In this document: one piece after another, positions 47,831 to 57,617 of the stretch | How positions within the stretch are numbered: position 1 is the stretch's first letter | Layout of the letters: each line of letters begins with the position of its first letter | Source of the DNA: Candidatus Micrarchaeota archaeon | GTDB lineage: Archaea; Micrarchaeota; Micrarchaeia; Norongarragalinales; SBBD01 | Length of the DNA stretch: 64,000 nt | Reading direction: 5' to 3' | Assembly: GCA_016212475.1 (NCBI GenBank) | Contig: JACRGC010000016.1 | Coordinates: 9,824-73,823, forward strand | Translations under genes and position numbers: made by a program | The notes under the pieces: model-generated | What the model saw: only the letters and a program-made list of their open reading frames with translations | What the model was told of the DNA's origin: nothing | Database searches by the model: none

Positions 47831-49111
47831 GTCGAATTAGATGGGATTTGGGAATTGTATGGTTTTAAGACCGATCCGTTTTCAACATCGCCGCTTTTGT
47901 TGTATGGTGGGCAATTGCCAATAACTAGCTTCTATGGAAGAAGGAAGGAAATTGAAACTCTGCTTAAAAACTTCTCTTCTAGCGGCGGAAGTCGCCAATT
48001 AGTTTGTGGTGATGTTGGAGTCGGAAAAACTACTTTGGTAAATTATGCTAGGTACAAGGCGATCCAAAAAGGTCATTTTACAACTTTTAAAGAAATTGCA
48101 GTTCAAAGTAATTGGTCCGCAGATACCTTTATTTTAAATACGCTTTATGCCTTTTATTCAACTATCAAATTACAGAAAGGCGACTTTGTAAAGAAGGAAA
48201 CGTATGAAAAATTACAAGCCCTAGTTGATTTGAAGGTTGATTCGAAAGCCTTCGGAGTGACCGTTGGACCGATTGGTTTCAACTACGAAAATCAAACCAA
48301 AATACAAACTACCTCAATTATGGCGCTAATGGAATTTGTTCAGGAAATCGTTACCGAAATTCGCCAAAAGACCGGGAAGGATGTTATTATCCATTATAAT
48401 AATCTTGAAAGATTGCCGGAAAAAGTTCTTAGAGTTCTATTTGAAGACTTACGTGATTTTTTCCAGACAGAACATATTCATTTTGTTTTTGTCGGTAACT
48501 TAACCGTTTATGCGACAATCCAAAGTATCCCGCGAGTATCATCTATTACTTCATCTGGCTCTGCAATTATTCTAAGTGAATTGTCATTTGATGAAATTGA
48601 CCATATTTTAAGTATCCGAATGAAGGAATTGCGGATAAAGGCATTTGAATATACAATACCATATACAAATGACGCATTAAAAACTATTTTTGATCTCTAT
48701 GGGGGGAATATTCGAAATATCTTAAACAGCCTTTCAACAGCAGTAAAAGCAATAACCAATGAAAAACCCGTTGTTTTGGACAAACAATTATTATCCGATA
48801 CACTTAGGAATGTAATTGATTCGAGATATGACGGGCAAATAGCTCCTAGGGCGAAAGATGTATTGATAGCTGCCGTAAAAAACGATGAAGTAACAAATCG
48901 CCAAATTGCAAAAAATACGGGAATTGCTCGTTCTAACGTATCTACTTATCTTAAAGATTTAGAAAAATGCGGCTGTATTTATCTAAGGCGGAAAGATGGT
49001 AAAGATAAGTTTTGGAGTGTGGAGCCTGCACTTAAATGGTTGCTCCTAAAAACAACCCAGGACATACGGTCGAGGGATCCGAATCAACGTGGTTTAGAAA
49101 ACTATCAATGA
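47828..49111 (+). CDS. AAA (ExeA/AAA_22-like) ATPase with a C-terminal winged-helix domain
   Basis: LYGFKTDPFS...FYGRRKEIETLL...LVCGDVGVGKTTLVNY fits the ExeA-like N-terminal pattern plus a P-loop. The Walker B is degenerate (IIHYNNLE). The C-terminus is MarR/wHTH-like (TNRQIAKNTGIARSNVSTYLKDLEKCGCI). Visibly more A/T-rich than its neighbours. Confidence 0.7.
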   Translation: MVELDGIWELYGFKTDPFSTSPLLLYGGQLPITSFYGRRKEIETLLKNFSSSGGSRQLVCGDVGVGKTTLVNYARYKAIQKGHFTTFKEIAVQSNWSADTFILNTLYAFYSTIKLQKGDFVKKETYEKLQALVDLKVDSKAFGVTVGPIGFNYENQTKIQTTSIMALMEFVQEIVTEIRQKTGKDVIIHYNNLERLPEKVLRVLFEDLRDFFQTEHIHFVFVGNLTVYATIQSIPRVSSITSSGSAIILSELSFDEIDHILSIRMKELRIKAFEYTIPYTNDALKTIFDLYGGNIRNILNSLSTAVKAITNEKPVVLDKQLLSDTLRNVIDSRYDGQIAPRAKDVLIAAVKNDEVTNRQIAKNTGIARSNVSTYLKDLEKCGCIYLRRKDGKDKFWSVEPALKWLLLKTTQDIRSRDPNQRGLENYQ

Positions 49112-49214
49112 CTTTAGAAACAATTTTCAGAAATAGTGGGCAAGGTTTACTTTAGCAAGAAATCAAATGTAATGCGAACAAATAAAAACCTGCAAAAGCT
49201 AATGGGTGAAATAG

Positions 49215-49544
49215 ATGATAAATTTGATAAATTACGACGCTGAAGCGGACGCACTCTACGTGGGTCTTAGCTCAAAGAAGGCATATTTTTCGATCGAACT
49301 TAGCCCCCGCATAATAGTTGATTTAACACAATCCAATAAGGCAATTGGTGTTGAACTTTTGGATGCTAGCAAATTAATAAGCGAACTTTTTGGCTTCAAG
49401 GTCGGAAGGGAAGATTTAAACAATCTTGACTGCCAAGTAGACGATAAGGATGAATTGCTTTTAAGGTTCGAGCTGAACAAGAAGCATCAAAGCCTATTGA
49501 TACCAAAGGCATATGCCAGCCCGATTTTATCTGCAAAAGAATAA
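49215..49544 (+). CDS. DUF2283-family protein
   Basis: The YDAEADALYVGL...IVDL...IGVELLDAS pattern is typical of DUF2283. Confidence 0.65.
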   Translation: MINLINYDAEADALYVGLSSKKAYFSIELSPRIIVDLTQSNKAIGVELLDASKLISELFGFKVGREDLNNLDCQVDDKDELLLRFELNKKHQSLLIPKAYASPILSAKE

Positions 49545-49558
49545 TGTGGGGGATAATT

Positions 49559-50014
49559 ATGGAACAATTTGAAAAAAGGGAATCTTGGGACCATTATTTC
49601 ATGCGGCTTGTGGAAGCTGTTGCTTCAAGGGCGACTTGCACAAGGCGGAAATTCGGGGCGCTTCTAACAAGGGAAAACATGATCCTCTCAACCGGCTACA
49701 ACGGATCCGCAAGGGGGCTTGCCCACTGCACCGAAGTTGGATGCAAAATCATCAATAATCATTGTGTCAGGACAATCCATGCCGAGCAAAATGCCATAAT
49801 TTCGGCTGCAAGGAATGGAATAAACGTGAATGGCGCAACAATTTACACCCTTGGTTTTCCGTGCCTTATTTGCGCAAAACTCCTAATAAATTTGGGCATC
49901 AAGCGCGTTGTTTTTAGGGAGCTTTATTTCAAGCCCGAATACAAGGAAGAGTTGGAATTTACTCAAGAGCTGTTTAGGGATACGGGTGTTGAAACCGTTC
50001 ATTTGAAGGATTGA
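49559..50014 (+). CDS. dCMP (deoxycytidylate) deaminase
   Basis: Zinc motifs HAEQNAI and PCLICAKLL. N-terminal SWDHYFMRLVEAVASRATC. An alternative ATG at 49544 overlaps the previous stop. Confidence 0.88.
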   Translation: MEQFEKRESWDHYFMRLVEAVASRATCTRRKFGALLTRENMILSTGYNGSARGLAHCTEVGCKIINNHCVRTIHAEQNAIISAARNGINVNGATIYTLGFPCLICAKLLINLGIKRVVFRELYFKPEYKEELEFTQELFRDTGVETVHLKD

Positions 50015-50124
50015 TTTGAATTGATGCGCAATAATCCTTCCTATTTTTCATATCCTGCTTGCCATGCATTTTTCAAATGGCTTTTTTCATTTACCCCTGC
50101 TTTTCTGTCATTCCCGGGATTTTT

Positions 50125-51357
50125 TCATTTCCCAAATAGCGCCTCAATTTTACCCCTGATTTTGCTTTTTTGGTAATTTTTAAAGTTCATCGCCAACTCA
50201 TTGCTATTTTCATCCAATTCAAATATCTTGAATGGAATCCCGCCATCAATTTCGCAAATCTCCAAAACCCCCCTCCTTTCGGCCATTTTGCCGTCCCGAA
50301 TTTCCGGCATCCTTTTGCAAACAATCAACAAATCTAGCGATTCGATATCCGTTTCCAGAATTCCCATGCTTAAAATCCGGTTGATTGCCTCCCTTGCGCT
50401 CTTTGCGTGGAATGTTGCGTAGCATCCCCGAGCCTGGCCAGCTTCCATTGATAAAAACAATGCCTTAAGCTCGTTATCCGTCCTGACCTCCCCAATTATC
50501 AGCCTATCGGGCCGCATGCGGAGCGTATTTTCCGAAAGTTCCTTCATGCCAAGGCCGCCGCTGCCTGCAACAAGTCTTATTGCATGCGGGTGCGGTATTG
50601 CAATTTCTTGCGTTTCCTCAATTGCAATTACCCTATCCTCCAAAGGCACATGCGAAAAAAACGCATTCAATAAGGTTGTTTTTCCGGATCCCGTGTTGCC
50701 GCAAAACAGAATTGAAGCATCAGTTTTGGAGATTTTTTCAAGGAAATTTGCCGCATCATTTGAAATCATCCCGTTTTTTTCAAGATCAATCAGTCCAAGG
50801 GGTTTTTTTGGGAAATTCCTTATGGTAATTTCGACCTGCGCCTCATCCATAAGCGATATGCTAGCGTGCATCCTCGACCCGTTTTCGATTTGCGCATTGA
50901 TCATCGGATTTGCGTGGCTGATCCTTCTTCCGGAGGGCCTGGCCAGCTTGTTGATTAGTCCAATTGCAAAATCCCTAGAGGTTATGCATGCGTTCGTGTC
51001 CAGCCATCCGCATCCTCGCCTATATACCCTGATCCGCTCCCCGATCCTTGAATGCGCAATTTCCTCAAGGTTCTCATCCAAAAGCAAAAACCCAATTGCC
51101 CCAAACTCCAAGCTTGCAATTGCTGCCCTTTCAATTTGCTGCGCCCTATCCTTAAGCATTAAAATGCCCATATCAATGCAGATTTCCTTAAGGAGGCCGT
51201 GCAGCGTTGATTCCATTGGCCCATCCGCTCCTGCAAATTTGGAATACTTCTCAAGCAATAGGCTGCAAATGCCTCTATCCTCCAAAGTCAGGCTGAAATT
51301 TTGCGGCAAATAATAATCAGATCCGATTTCCCTATCAATTTTCCATCCAAAATCCAT
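50125..51357 (-). CDS. FlaI/PilB/VirB11-family secretion ATPase (second copy)
   Basis: Walker A GNTGSGKTTLLNAF, LRMRPDRLIIGEVR and TFHA. Confidence 0.85.
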   Translation of the reverse strand: MDFGWKIDREIGSDYYLPQNFSLTLEDRGICSLLLEKYSKFAGADGPMESTLHGLLKEICIDMGILMLKDRAQQIERAAIASLEFGAIGFLLLDENLEEIAHSRIGERIRVYRRGCGWLDTNACITSRDFAIGLINKLARPSGRRISHANPMINAQIENGSRMHASISLMDEAQVEITIRNFPKKPLGLIDLEKNGMISNDAANFLEKISKTDASILFCGNTGSGKTTLLNAFFSHVPLEDRVIAIEETQEIAIPHPHAIRLVAGSGGLGMKELSENTLRMRPDRLIIGEVRTDNELKALFLSMEAGQARGCYATFHAKSAREAINRILSMGILETDIESLDLLIVCKRMPEIRDGKMAERRGVLEICEIDGGIPFKIFELDENSNELAMNFKNYQKSKIRGKIEALFGK

Positions 51358-51452
51358 GCGGCAAGCACCCCTTATTGTTTAGTGCCTCCACATTCTTTGA
51401 AAATTGGGGAAAAAATCCCCCAAATTCCCAATCAACAAAAAAAATAAAAAAA

Positions 51453-53858
51453 TTATTTCCTCTTCTTCCTTCCCCGTTTTGGTTTTTCATCCTCCTCTTC
51501 AGAGTCATCTCCATCGAATTCTTCGGATTCATCTTCTTGGCTATTCTCTTCATCGGAGCCATCGCGCTTGAGGACAAAATAAAGCGCCGCAACAATGATT
51601 AGGAATGCAATCAAGAGCATCGGGAGCGAATCCATGCTGCCTTGTGCTCCAAAGCCCCCAATTCCGGTTTGGTTCCCCGTGACGTTTACCTGCATTGTAA
51701 GGGGTTTGTATCCGGATTTTGACAGTGTAACCAGGAAAGTTCCAGAGCTTAGGGGCGCATCAAGTTTTCCCTCCTCGTTTGATTTTGCCTCAATGGTTTT
51801 TTCGCCAACAATTAGCACATCCGTTCCCGGCAATGTCTTGATCATGAGGGTATCATTTGTGTAATTAATTTGTGCAACAATAGTATCCCCGATCCGGGCG
51901 GATGGCAAAGCAGTTGCCTTGGCAGTCGCTGACGGAACCGGTGTTATTTCCTCGGGATCCATATCAATTGCAAATCCCTTGGTTGCCGTGGTTCCCCTTC
52001 CTTCCGCTTTCATTTCAACATTGAATTTGGTCCCGCACCTTGAGGGCGATGGGAATATCACAAGGAAGACTTCCTTGCTCTCCCCCGGCTGCAAAAGCAG
52101 ATTATCCGGGGTAACTTTCGAACCAAGGTTGGCAGAAAGCGAAACAGCCGTTTCCCTGCTCCCCCTATTTATCACGTTTACGGACTGGCTCTTTATTTCG
52201 CAGGCCGAATGGATGTCGGTTGATTTTGGCTTAAGCTCGATCCCATAGCACTGGTTTACGCTCTTAACCTTCACATCCAATTTGAGCGAATCGCTTTTTC
52301 CCGATTGGGATTTTGCGGTTATCACGCCGTTTATTTTTTCCTCGGCAGTCCCAAGGGTCTTCAATCCGCAAGTGTCGATTTTTGCCGTCAGGGATATTTT
52401 TTCCTTGCTCTTGACAAACGCGGTTGTTTCCTTAAGGCTGACAAATCCGCTTTCGCTTTTAAGGCTGAACATATCGTCCTTAAGGCCGAAGTTTATCAGC
52501 TCGTATTGGACCTGCTTTTCCTCGCATGAGCACATTTCAACGGATGGGCCGGTCAAACGAAAATCAAAGCACTTATCTATTGCAAAGTTCCTAGCAATCG
52601 CGTCCGTGCCTGTTTTTGAGGCAGCTGAAATTTTTGCATTGTAATTGCCGGTTTCAAAATCCTTTGGAATTATCACTTTTACGGTCTTTGTTTCGCCCTT
52701 TCCAAGGCTCAAGGTGTTTTGCGATAATGACGCATCGATCCCCGAAATCGAAAGCTTGTAATCATTTGGAGTTTCCCTATTATTCAAAACCAAATCGAAT
52801 GATGCCCCATCCTCCGAGCAAATTGTCTTGTCGGATTCAAGATCCATCCTAACCCCCTGGCATTCCCTTGCATTGATTTCAATTTCCTTTTCAACGCTCT
52901 TCAAATCCGATTTTGCAAAAAGCTTTGCGGTTTGCGATCCGGCCTGCGCATTTATTGCAATTTCCAGCGGAGCAGTTTCGGCCTCATGCAAAAGCCCAGC
53001 ATCCGGGGTGATTTTGACGTTTTGCGAATTTGTTGTCAACCTGACATTGGCCGGAGTTCCTGAATTCACAAGGCTTGCCTTGATGATTGTTGGCGTGCCT
53101 GCGCACACATCCGCTTTTGCAGGCGCAATCAAATCGAATGCCTCGCAATTCTTAACCTCTATTTTAAGATTTGTCGTATCCACATCCGTTGTTGGTATGC
53201 TTGTTGCCTCATATAGCGCCTGCGCCTTTATTTGCGCAACATAATTTCCTACATTCAAAAGTTTGCCATCCACGGCCAATTCCAAATCCTTTTGCGTGTT
53301 TATTCCAACAGTCATCTTTGTAGGGGCGGTTATTGCCTTCGAGCTCCCATCCTTTGAAGATAGGCTTATTGCATAGATTCTTTCCTCATCCCGTGCAATG
53401 TTTTTTATTGGGATTTTTGCCTTGAATGCCTCTCCCTTGCAAATTGAAATTTCCGCTATATCCTCCATCACAACGCAAGTCGAAACCTCAACCCCGATTT
53501 TTGATGTGGCTGAACTTGTTGCGGTTTTTGCAGTCACTGCAACGCTGTATTTGCCTGGCAGTGCAAAGCAATCCGGGGTCACAAATGCGGTAATTTCCTT
53601 GGACCCGCCGCTTCCAATGTTGAATTCCTTAGGCCCGGGGATTACCCATGGCTTATCCCCGCTAGAGCTCATTATTACGGATTCCAAATTATTAGTTGGG
53701 TTCCTAGCAATTATTTTTACAAGATTAGTTTCGCAAATGCATGAATTGATTGATGTGCTTTGGGGCTCAAGGGTTATGCCGGAGCTTAATTGTATCAAAA
53801 AAACCATCATCAAAATAGCAGAAAAAAGCTTGCCATTTGCCACTTGATCAAACCGCAT
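51453..53858 (-). CDS. S-layer-like/CARDB-repeat surface protein with a C-terminal TM anchor
   Basis: Signal-like N-terminus. Repeated beta-sandwich-like modules with paired Cys. C-terminal LPMLLIAFLIIVAALYFVL, then an acidic stretch and a KRGRKKRK tail. Confidence 0.7.
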   Translation of the reverse strand: MRFDQVANGKLFSAILMMVFLIQLSSGITLEPQSTSINSCICETNLVKIIARNPTNNLESVIMSSSGDKPWVIPGPKEFNIGSGGSKEITAFVTPDCFALPGKYSVAVTAKTATSSATSKIGVEVSTCVVMEDIAEISICKGEAFKAKIPIKNIARDEERIYAISLSSKDGSSKAITAPTKMTVGINTQKDLELAVDGKLLNVGNYVAQIKAQALYEATSIPTTDVDTTNLKIEVKNCEAFDLIAPAKADVCAGTPTIIKASLVNSGTPANVRLTTNSQNVKITPDAGLLHEAETAPLEIAINAQAGSQTAKLFAKSDLKSVEKEIEINARECQGVRMDLESDKTICSEDGASFDLVLNNRETPNDYKLSISGIDASLSQNTLSLGKGETKTVKVIIPKDFETGNYNAKISAASKTGTDAIARNFAIDKCFDFRLTGPSVEMCSCEEKQVQYELINFGLKDDMFSLKSESGFVSLKETTAFVKSKEKISLTAKIDTCGLKTLGTAEEKINGVITAKSQSGKSDSLKLDVKVKSVNQCYGIELKPKSTDIHSACEIKSQSVNVINRGSRETAVSLSANLGSKVTPDNLLLQPGESKEVFLVIFPSPSRCGTKFNVEMKAEGRGTTATKGFAIDMDPEEITPVPSATAKATALPSARIGDTIVAQINYTNDTLMIKTLPGTDVLIVGEKTIEAKSNEEGKLDAPLSSGTFLVTLSKSGYKPLTMQVNVTGNQTGIGGFGAQGSMDSLPMLLIAFLIIVAALYFVLKRDGSDEENSQEDESEEFDGDDSEEEDEKPKRGRKKRK

Positions 53859-53979
53859 ACAAAATCCCCTCTTAAAATTTGATAATACTTGATGGTGGTA
53901 ATTAATGGGTGAATATTAAAAAACCTTTTTGCTACTCTGGGTTGGCAAAAATCCGCAAAATTACCGAAAAAAGCCGTTG

Positions 53980-54744
53980 TCATTTCTTCTTTTTCCGGAA
54001 TTTAAGCTTGTCAATCAGGGATCCGGAGCTTTTCTTTTCCTCAAGTTTTTTTGGAATTTCCAAAATAACCGCAGAATTGGTTTCTTCCTTTGGCGCTTCA
54101 ACTGGCTTGATTGAGCCTGCAATAAACATTGATTGCATTTTGGGCGACTTGTCCGATTCTTCCTTTTCCAGCGCTTGGAGCGTTGCAATAACCAGCCTTC
54201 CATTGACCTCGGCATCGTGCTCTTCTTCGAATATCACCTTGACTTGCGTGGACCCATTCTTCAAATCATAAATCCTAATGACGATGAAGGGGCTTTTGCT
54301 TATGAAATTAGTCGGGTAATTGAATTTTGTGCCTGTAAGATACCTTTGCATGACGGATACCAAATACCTCTCAACACCAAGCTCAAAATTGTCAAGCTTT
54401 GTGAAGTTCACGTTCCTATCGAGCAAAAGCTTTGCGACCCGCGCCTTGGCCTTTTCATAGTTGACCTTATACGTATAAGTGGTGTTGGCGGAAAAGTTGA
54501 TTGAAATATCCAATGCCAAAAGCAGCAAAAGCACAATTGCCTTCAATATCAAATACGGCAAAAATACCAATAGTATGATCCCCGCAGCCTCCCTTTTCGT
54601 TACCCCATCAAAAATCGCCTGAGGAGCAAATAATGCAACGCCCCCAATTCCAACCAAAAAAAGCAAAATAGTGAATGCCCGCTGGTTCAATAGCCCAAGC
54701 GCTGCGGTCGATCCCTTGACGAATTTTCCAATCATGATTCTCAC
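53980..54744 (-). CDS. Membrane protein, paralog of 54741..55391
   Basis: N-terminal TM helices plus a soluble domain. NTTYTYKVNYEKAKARVAKLL aligns with NTDYDKVYEVDMEKVRARVLKVM of its neighbour. The two genes overlap in a 4-nt ATGA. Confidence 0.6.
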   Translation of the reverse strand: MRIMIGKFVKGSTAALGLLNQRAFTILLFLVGIGGVALFAPQAIFDGVTKREAAGIILLVFLPYLILKAIVLLLLLALDISINFSANTTYTYKVNYEKAKARVAKLLLDRNVNFTKLDNFELGVERYLVSVMQRYLTGTKFNYPTNFISKSPFIVIRIYDLKNGSTQVKVIFEEEHDAEVNGRLVIATLQALEKEESDKSPKMQSMFIAGSIKPVEAPKEETNSAVILEIPKKLEEKKSSGSLIDKLKFRKKKK

Positions 54745-55391
54745 TTTGATTCCATTCCCTCCTCTGCGCCTTCTTCCTTGTTTAGGAATTCGAGGGAATT
54801 TATTATTACTTTGGCAAGCACTTTTGCCTCCGCGTTTTCCTCTGTGAAGATCCTAATCCCAACCCGGTCCTTGTTTTCCACTTGCCTAACAATGCTTGCT
54901 ACTTTTGCGGAATCAATTGTCCGAAATATCTTGATCACAACAAAGGGCCTATCTGTTGCAACATAAATCAGGGGGAATTTCAAATGCAGGAAGCTGCGCA
55001 TTTTTTTTAGGAACTCTTTTTCAAATCCAAGCGCAATTGCCTCAAGAGACTGGTACCTGACCTTGCGCTCTTCCATTACCTTTAGCACCCGCGCCCTCAC
55101 TTTTTCCATGTCTACTTCGTAAACCTTGTCATAATCCGTGTTTGCAATCAAAATGAAGTCAAATAGCGTCAAGAGGAAATACAGGAACATCTTATACATG
55201 AGGAACGGCAGCAATACGACTATGCTGACAAGCGTTATGCGGTGCGCAACATCTGGCCTATTTATCAGGTCCCAAAAAATCGCAAGTGAAATGACAGACC
55301 CAATTAGAATTACCAAAAAAAGCGAACTGCTCTTGTTTACCACTTTGAAAATTCTTGCCAGTAACTTTAGAACCTTGTCCCAAAATTGCAT
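54741..55391 (-). CDS. Membrane protein, paralog of 53980..54744
   Basis: The internal ATG at 55391 (MQFWDKV...) gives a length comparable to the paralog and removes the overlap with the divergent gene. Confidence 0.5.
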   Translation of the reverse strand: MQFWDKVLKLLARIFKVVNKSSSLFLVILIGSVISLAIFWDLINRPDVAHRITLVSIVVLLPFLMYKMFLYFLLTLFDFILIANTDYDKVYEVDMEKVRARVLKVMEERKVRYQSLEAIALGFEKEFLKKMRSFLHLKFPLIYVATDRPFVVIKIFRTIDSAKVASIVRQVENKDRVGIRIFTEENAEAKVLAKVIINSLEFLNKEEGAEEGMESK

Positions 55392-55544
55392 ATGTCCATC
55401 ATAACGGTCAGACACTATAAAAACATATTTCCCAAACCCGCAAATGGTTTTGAGGGAAAAATCAGGCAATTTGGGGCGGTTAAAGCCCCTGAGCCGCGCC
55501 GCCATTGCTCCTGTTTTAAAAACCAAAATCCCAATAATGTTAAT

Positions 55545-56330
55545 ATGGCAACTTTTCTTGAGCGCAGGCGCAGGGAGCCTGGATGGGAAGTGAAGGAGAA
55601 AATACTTGGCCAAACCGGCAAATCCGCAGATAAATTGCTCGTTGAACTTAAGCAGGCGGGTTATTTGCACAATAAACGGTTCGTCCAACTATACCGCTCA
55701 GCGCTAAAAAAACAAGGAAAGCCGATTTTTACCGGCGGATTGCCAGTTGAGGAAATCGCAGGTAGAATCGAGGCAAAATTCGGAAGGCCAAGGGCGGAAA
55801 AATTTTTGGAGCTTGGAAATTTCCATCCTCTAGCCCGGCTTTACGTGCTTTTCCCAAACCTAAATGCCACAAAAATTTCCAAAATTGCCGGCCAGCATCC
55901 TGCAACAGTTATCCGGCAATTATCAAAATTCAAGAAAATATACCCGACGCAAATGGACTTGTTTGGGAGGGAAACTTTTGATCGGGTAATTAGCCAGAGC
56001 GGAAAAACCTCAAAGCAAATTCAAACAGAGCTAAACTCCCTTGGGTTCAAGAAATCAATCAGTTCGATTGAAAGCACGCGGTTTGCACTGAAAGGAAAGG
56101 GAGTTCCAATTTTTGCAGGAGGCGACCCAATTCAAGCCATTGCCAAAAGAATCGAAAAACAATTCGGAAAAAAGCTTGCGGTCAAATTCATGGCCAACGG
56201 GGCGGACCATCCGATCCTTCGTGCATTTTCAATACTTCCAAGGCAAAGCCTAGCTTCCCTATCAAGAATTACTGGCTTTTCAGAAAATACAATTTCAAAA
56301 TACAAATCAAAGTTCCTTTCTTCCAAATAG
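55545..56330 (+). CDS. Hypothetical HTH-like protein with an internal two-fold duplication
   Basis: Two ~125-aa halves align: GKPIFTGGLPVEEIAGRIEAKFG...ATKISKIAGQHPATVIRQLSKFKK with GVPIFAGGDPIQAIAKRIEKQFG...LASLSRITGFSENTISKYKSKF. Confidence 0.5.
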   Translation: MATFLERRRREPGWEVKEKILGQTGKSADKLLVELKQAGYLHNKRFVQLYRSALKKQGKPIFTGGLPVEEIAGRIEAKFGRPRAEKFLELGNFHPLARLYVLFPNLNATKISKIAGQHPATVIRQLSKFKKIYPTQMDLFGRETFDRVISQSGKTSKQIQTELNSLGFKKSISSIESTRFALKGKGVPIFAGGDPIQAIAKRIEKQFGKKLAVKFMANGADHPILRAFSILPRQSLASLSRITGFSENTISKYKSKFLSSK

Positions 56331-56419
56331 CCAATCATACTGCGCGCAAATTCGAATTCTTGGAATTTCATCACAACCTATTTAAACAGGAATCCGCATT
56401 AACTACTTCCGAATGCTTT

Positions 56420-57604
56420 ATGCAAACTAATCCTTTAGCGGATGGCACGAATCAAACGGGCTCTTATTCTAAAATTTTCCAGTCGGATTTCAAAAATCCA
56501 AAAACCCCGAATGCAATCCTTGTGCTAAAGGATGGATCCCATTTCCTTGGCGGGCAAATTGGGGCTGTTAAGGAAATCCTTGGCGAGCTCGTATTCAACA
56601 CCTCTATGGTCGGATACCAAGAAGCCCTAACGGATCCTTCCTATGCCGGGCAGATTTTGACCTTTTGCTATCCATTGATTGGCAATTATGCAACAAATCT
56701 TGATGACGCCGAATCCGAAAAAGTGCATGTTAGGGCGGCGGTAGTCCGAGAAAACTGTGAATCAGGAAAATTCTACCACTTCAAAGCAAAGCTTGGGCTA
56801 AGCGAATACCTAAAGGAAAACGATGTTCCGGGGATTTCAGGAGTCGATACCCGCTCAATTGTCAGGAAGGTGCGCGAATCGGGGGTCATGCCATCGATCC
56901 TTTCCCCGCTCGAACCCAATTTGTCCGAAAAGCAATTGCAGGAAAAAATCTCCGAGCTAAAAAGCAAAATATCCGGGTTCGATTACGGCTCCGTAAATTT
57001 TGTTTCGGAAGTCAGCATCAAGCAAAAGAAAATCTTCTCCCCAAAAAAAATCGACAAAAAAGTCGCGCTGATCGATTGCGGAGTAAAGCTAAATATAATC
57101 CGTGAACTAAATCTTAGGAACATCGAAGCAACTGCTTTTCCCTATGACATATCCGCCAACACAATCCTTAAGGGGGATTTTGACGGCGTTTTGATTTCAA
57201 ACGGGCCGGGGGATCCGGCGCTTATGAAGGAAACCATATCGACAACAAAAAAACTGATCCAAAGCCTTCCAACCCTTGGTATTTGCCTTGGCCATCAATT
57301 GATTGCACACGCACTTGGCGGAACAACCTACAAATTGAAATTCGGCCATCGTGGAAGCAACCATGCAGTTCTCAACCCGGAAACTGGGAAAATCTACATT
57401 ACAACACAAAACCATGGATACGCTGCAAAGGACATTCCGCAAAATTTGGCGCAAACCCTCTTCATCAACTGCAACGACAAGACAAACGAGGGCATACGCC
57501 ACAAAACATTGCCGGTGATTTCAGCCCAATTCCATCCCGAAGGGTCAAATGGGCCAAAGGATGCGAATTTCCTATTCGATGAGTTTTTGAAAATGATGAA
57601 ATAA
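56420..57604 (+). CDS. carA: Carbamoyl-phosphate synthase small (glutaminase) subunit
   Basis: GICLGHQL catalytic Cys, NHGYA and QFHPE. The N-terminal domain has LVLKDGSHFLG. Confidence 0.92.
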   Translation: MQTNPLADGTNQTGSYSKIFQSDFKNPKTPNAILVLKDGSHFLGGQIGAVKEILGELVFNTSMVGYQEALTDPSYAGQILTFCYPLIGNYATNLDDAESEKVHVRAAVVRENCESGKFYHFKAKLGLSEYLKENDVPGISGVDTRSIVRKVRESGVMPSILSPLEPNLSEKQLQEKISELKSKISGFDYGSVNFVSEVSIKQKKIFSPKKIDKKVALIDCGVKLNIIRELNLRNIEATAFPYDISANTILKGDFDGVLISNGPGDPALMKETISTTKKLIQSLPTLGICLGHQLIAHALGGTTYKLKFGHRGSNHAVLNPETGKIYITTQNHGYAAKDIPQNLAQTLFINCNDKTNEGIRHKTLPVISAQFHPEGSNGPKDANFLFDEFLKMMK

Positions 57605-57617
57605 GACTAGTGATTTT

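Noticed and set aside
47828-49111. Calling the AAA+wHTH protein Orc1/Cdc6 and the upstream repeats an oriC.
   Set aside because: The N-terminal pattern (Y.F...PF, then GR..E, then the P-loop) fits ExeA/AAA_22-like ATPases at least as well. The Walker B is degenerate and I see no clear ORB consensus. I kept it only as an open possibility in the findings.
49559-50014. The dCMP deaminase as a nucleotide-depletion defence gene, together with the neighbouring ATPase and DUF2283 genes.
   Set aside because: It is a plain ~150-aa ComEB-type deaminase with no extra kinase-like or sensor domain. A housekeeping role is the simpler explanation.
50516-51313. 265-aa plus-strand ORF.
   Set aside because: It is antisense to a secretion ATPase gene with clear Walker motifs, and it has no motifs of its own.
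54741-55688. The long 315-aa version of the membrane-protein ORF, and the 314-aa version of the divergent ORF starting at 55386.
   Set aside because: The two extensions overlap each other on opposite strands and use non-ATG starts. The internal ATGs (55391 and 55545) give paralog-consistent lengths and a normal divergent promoter region.
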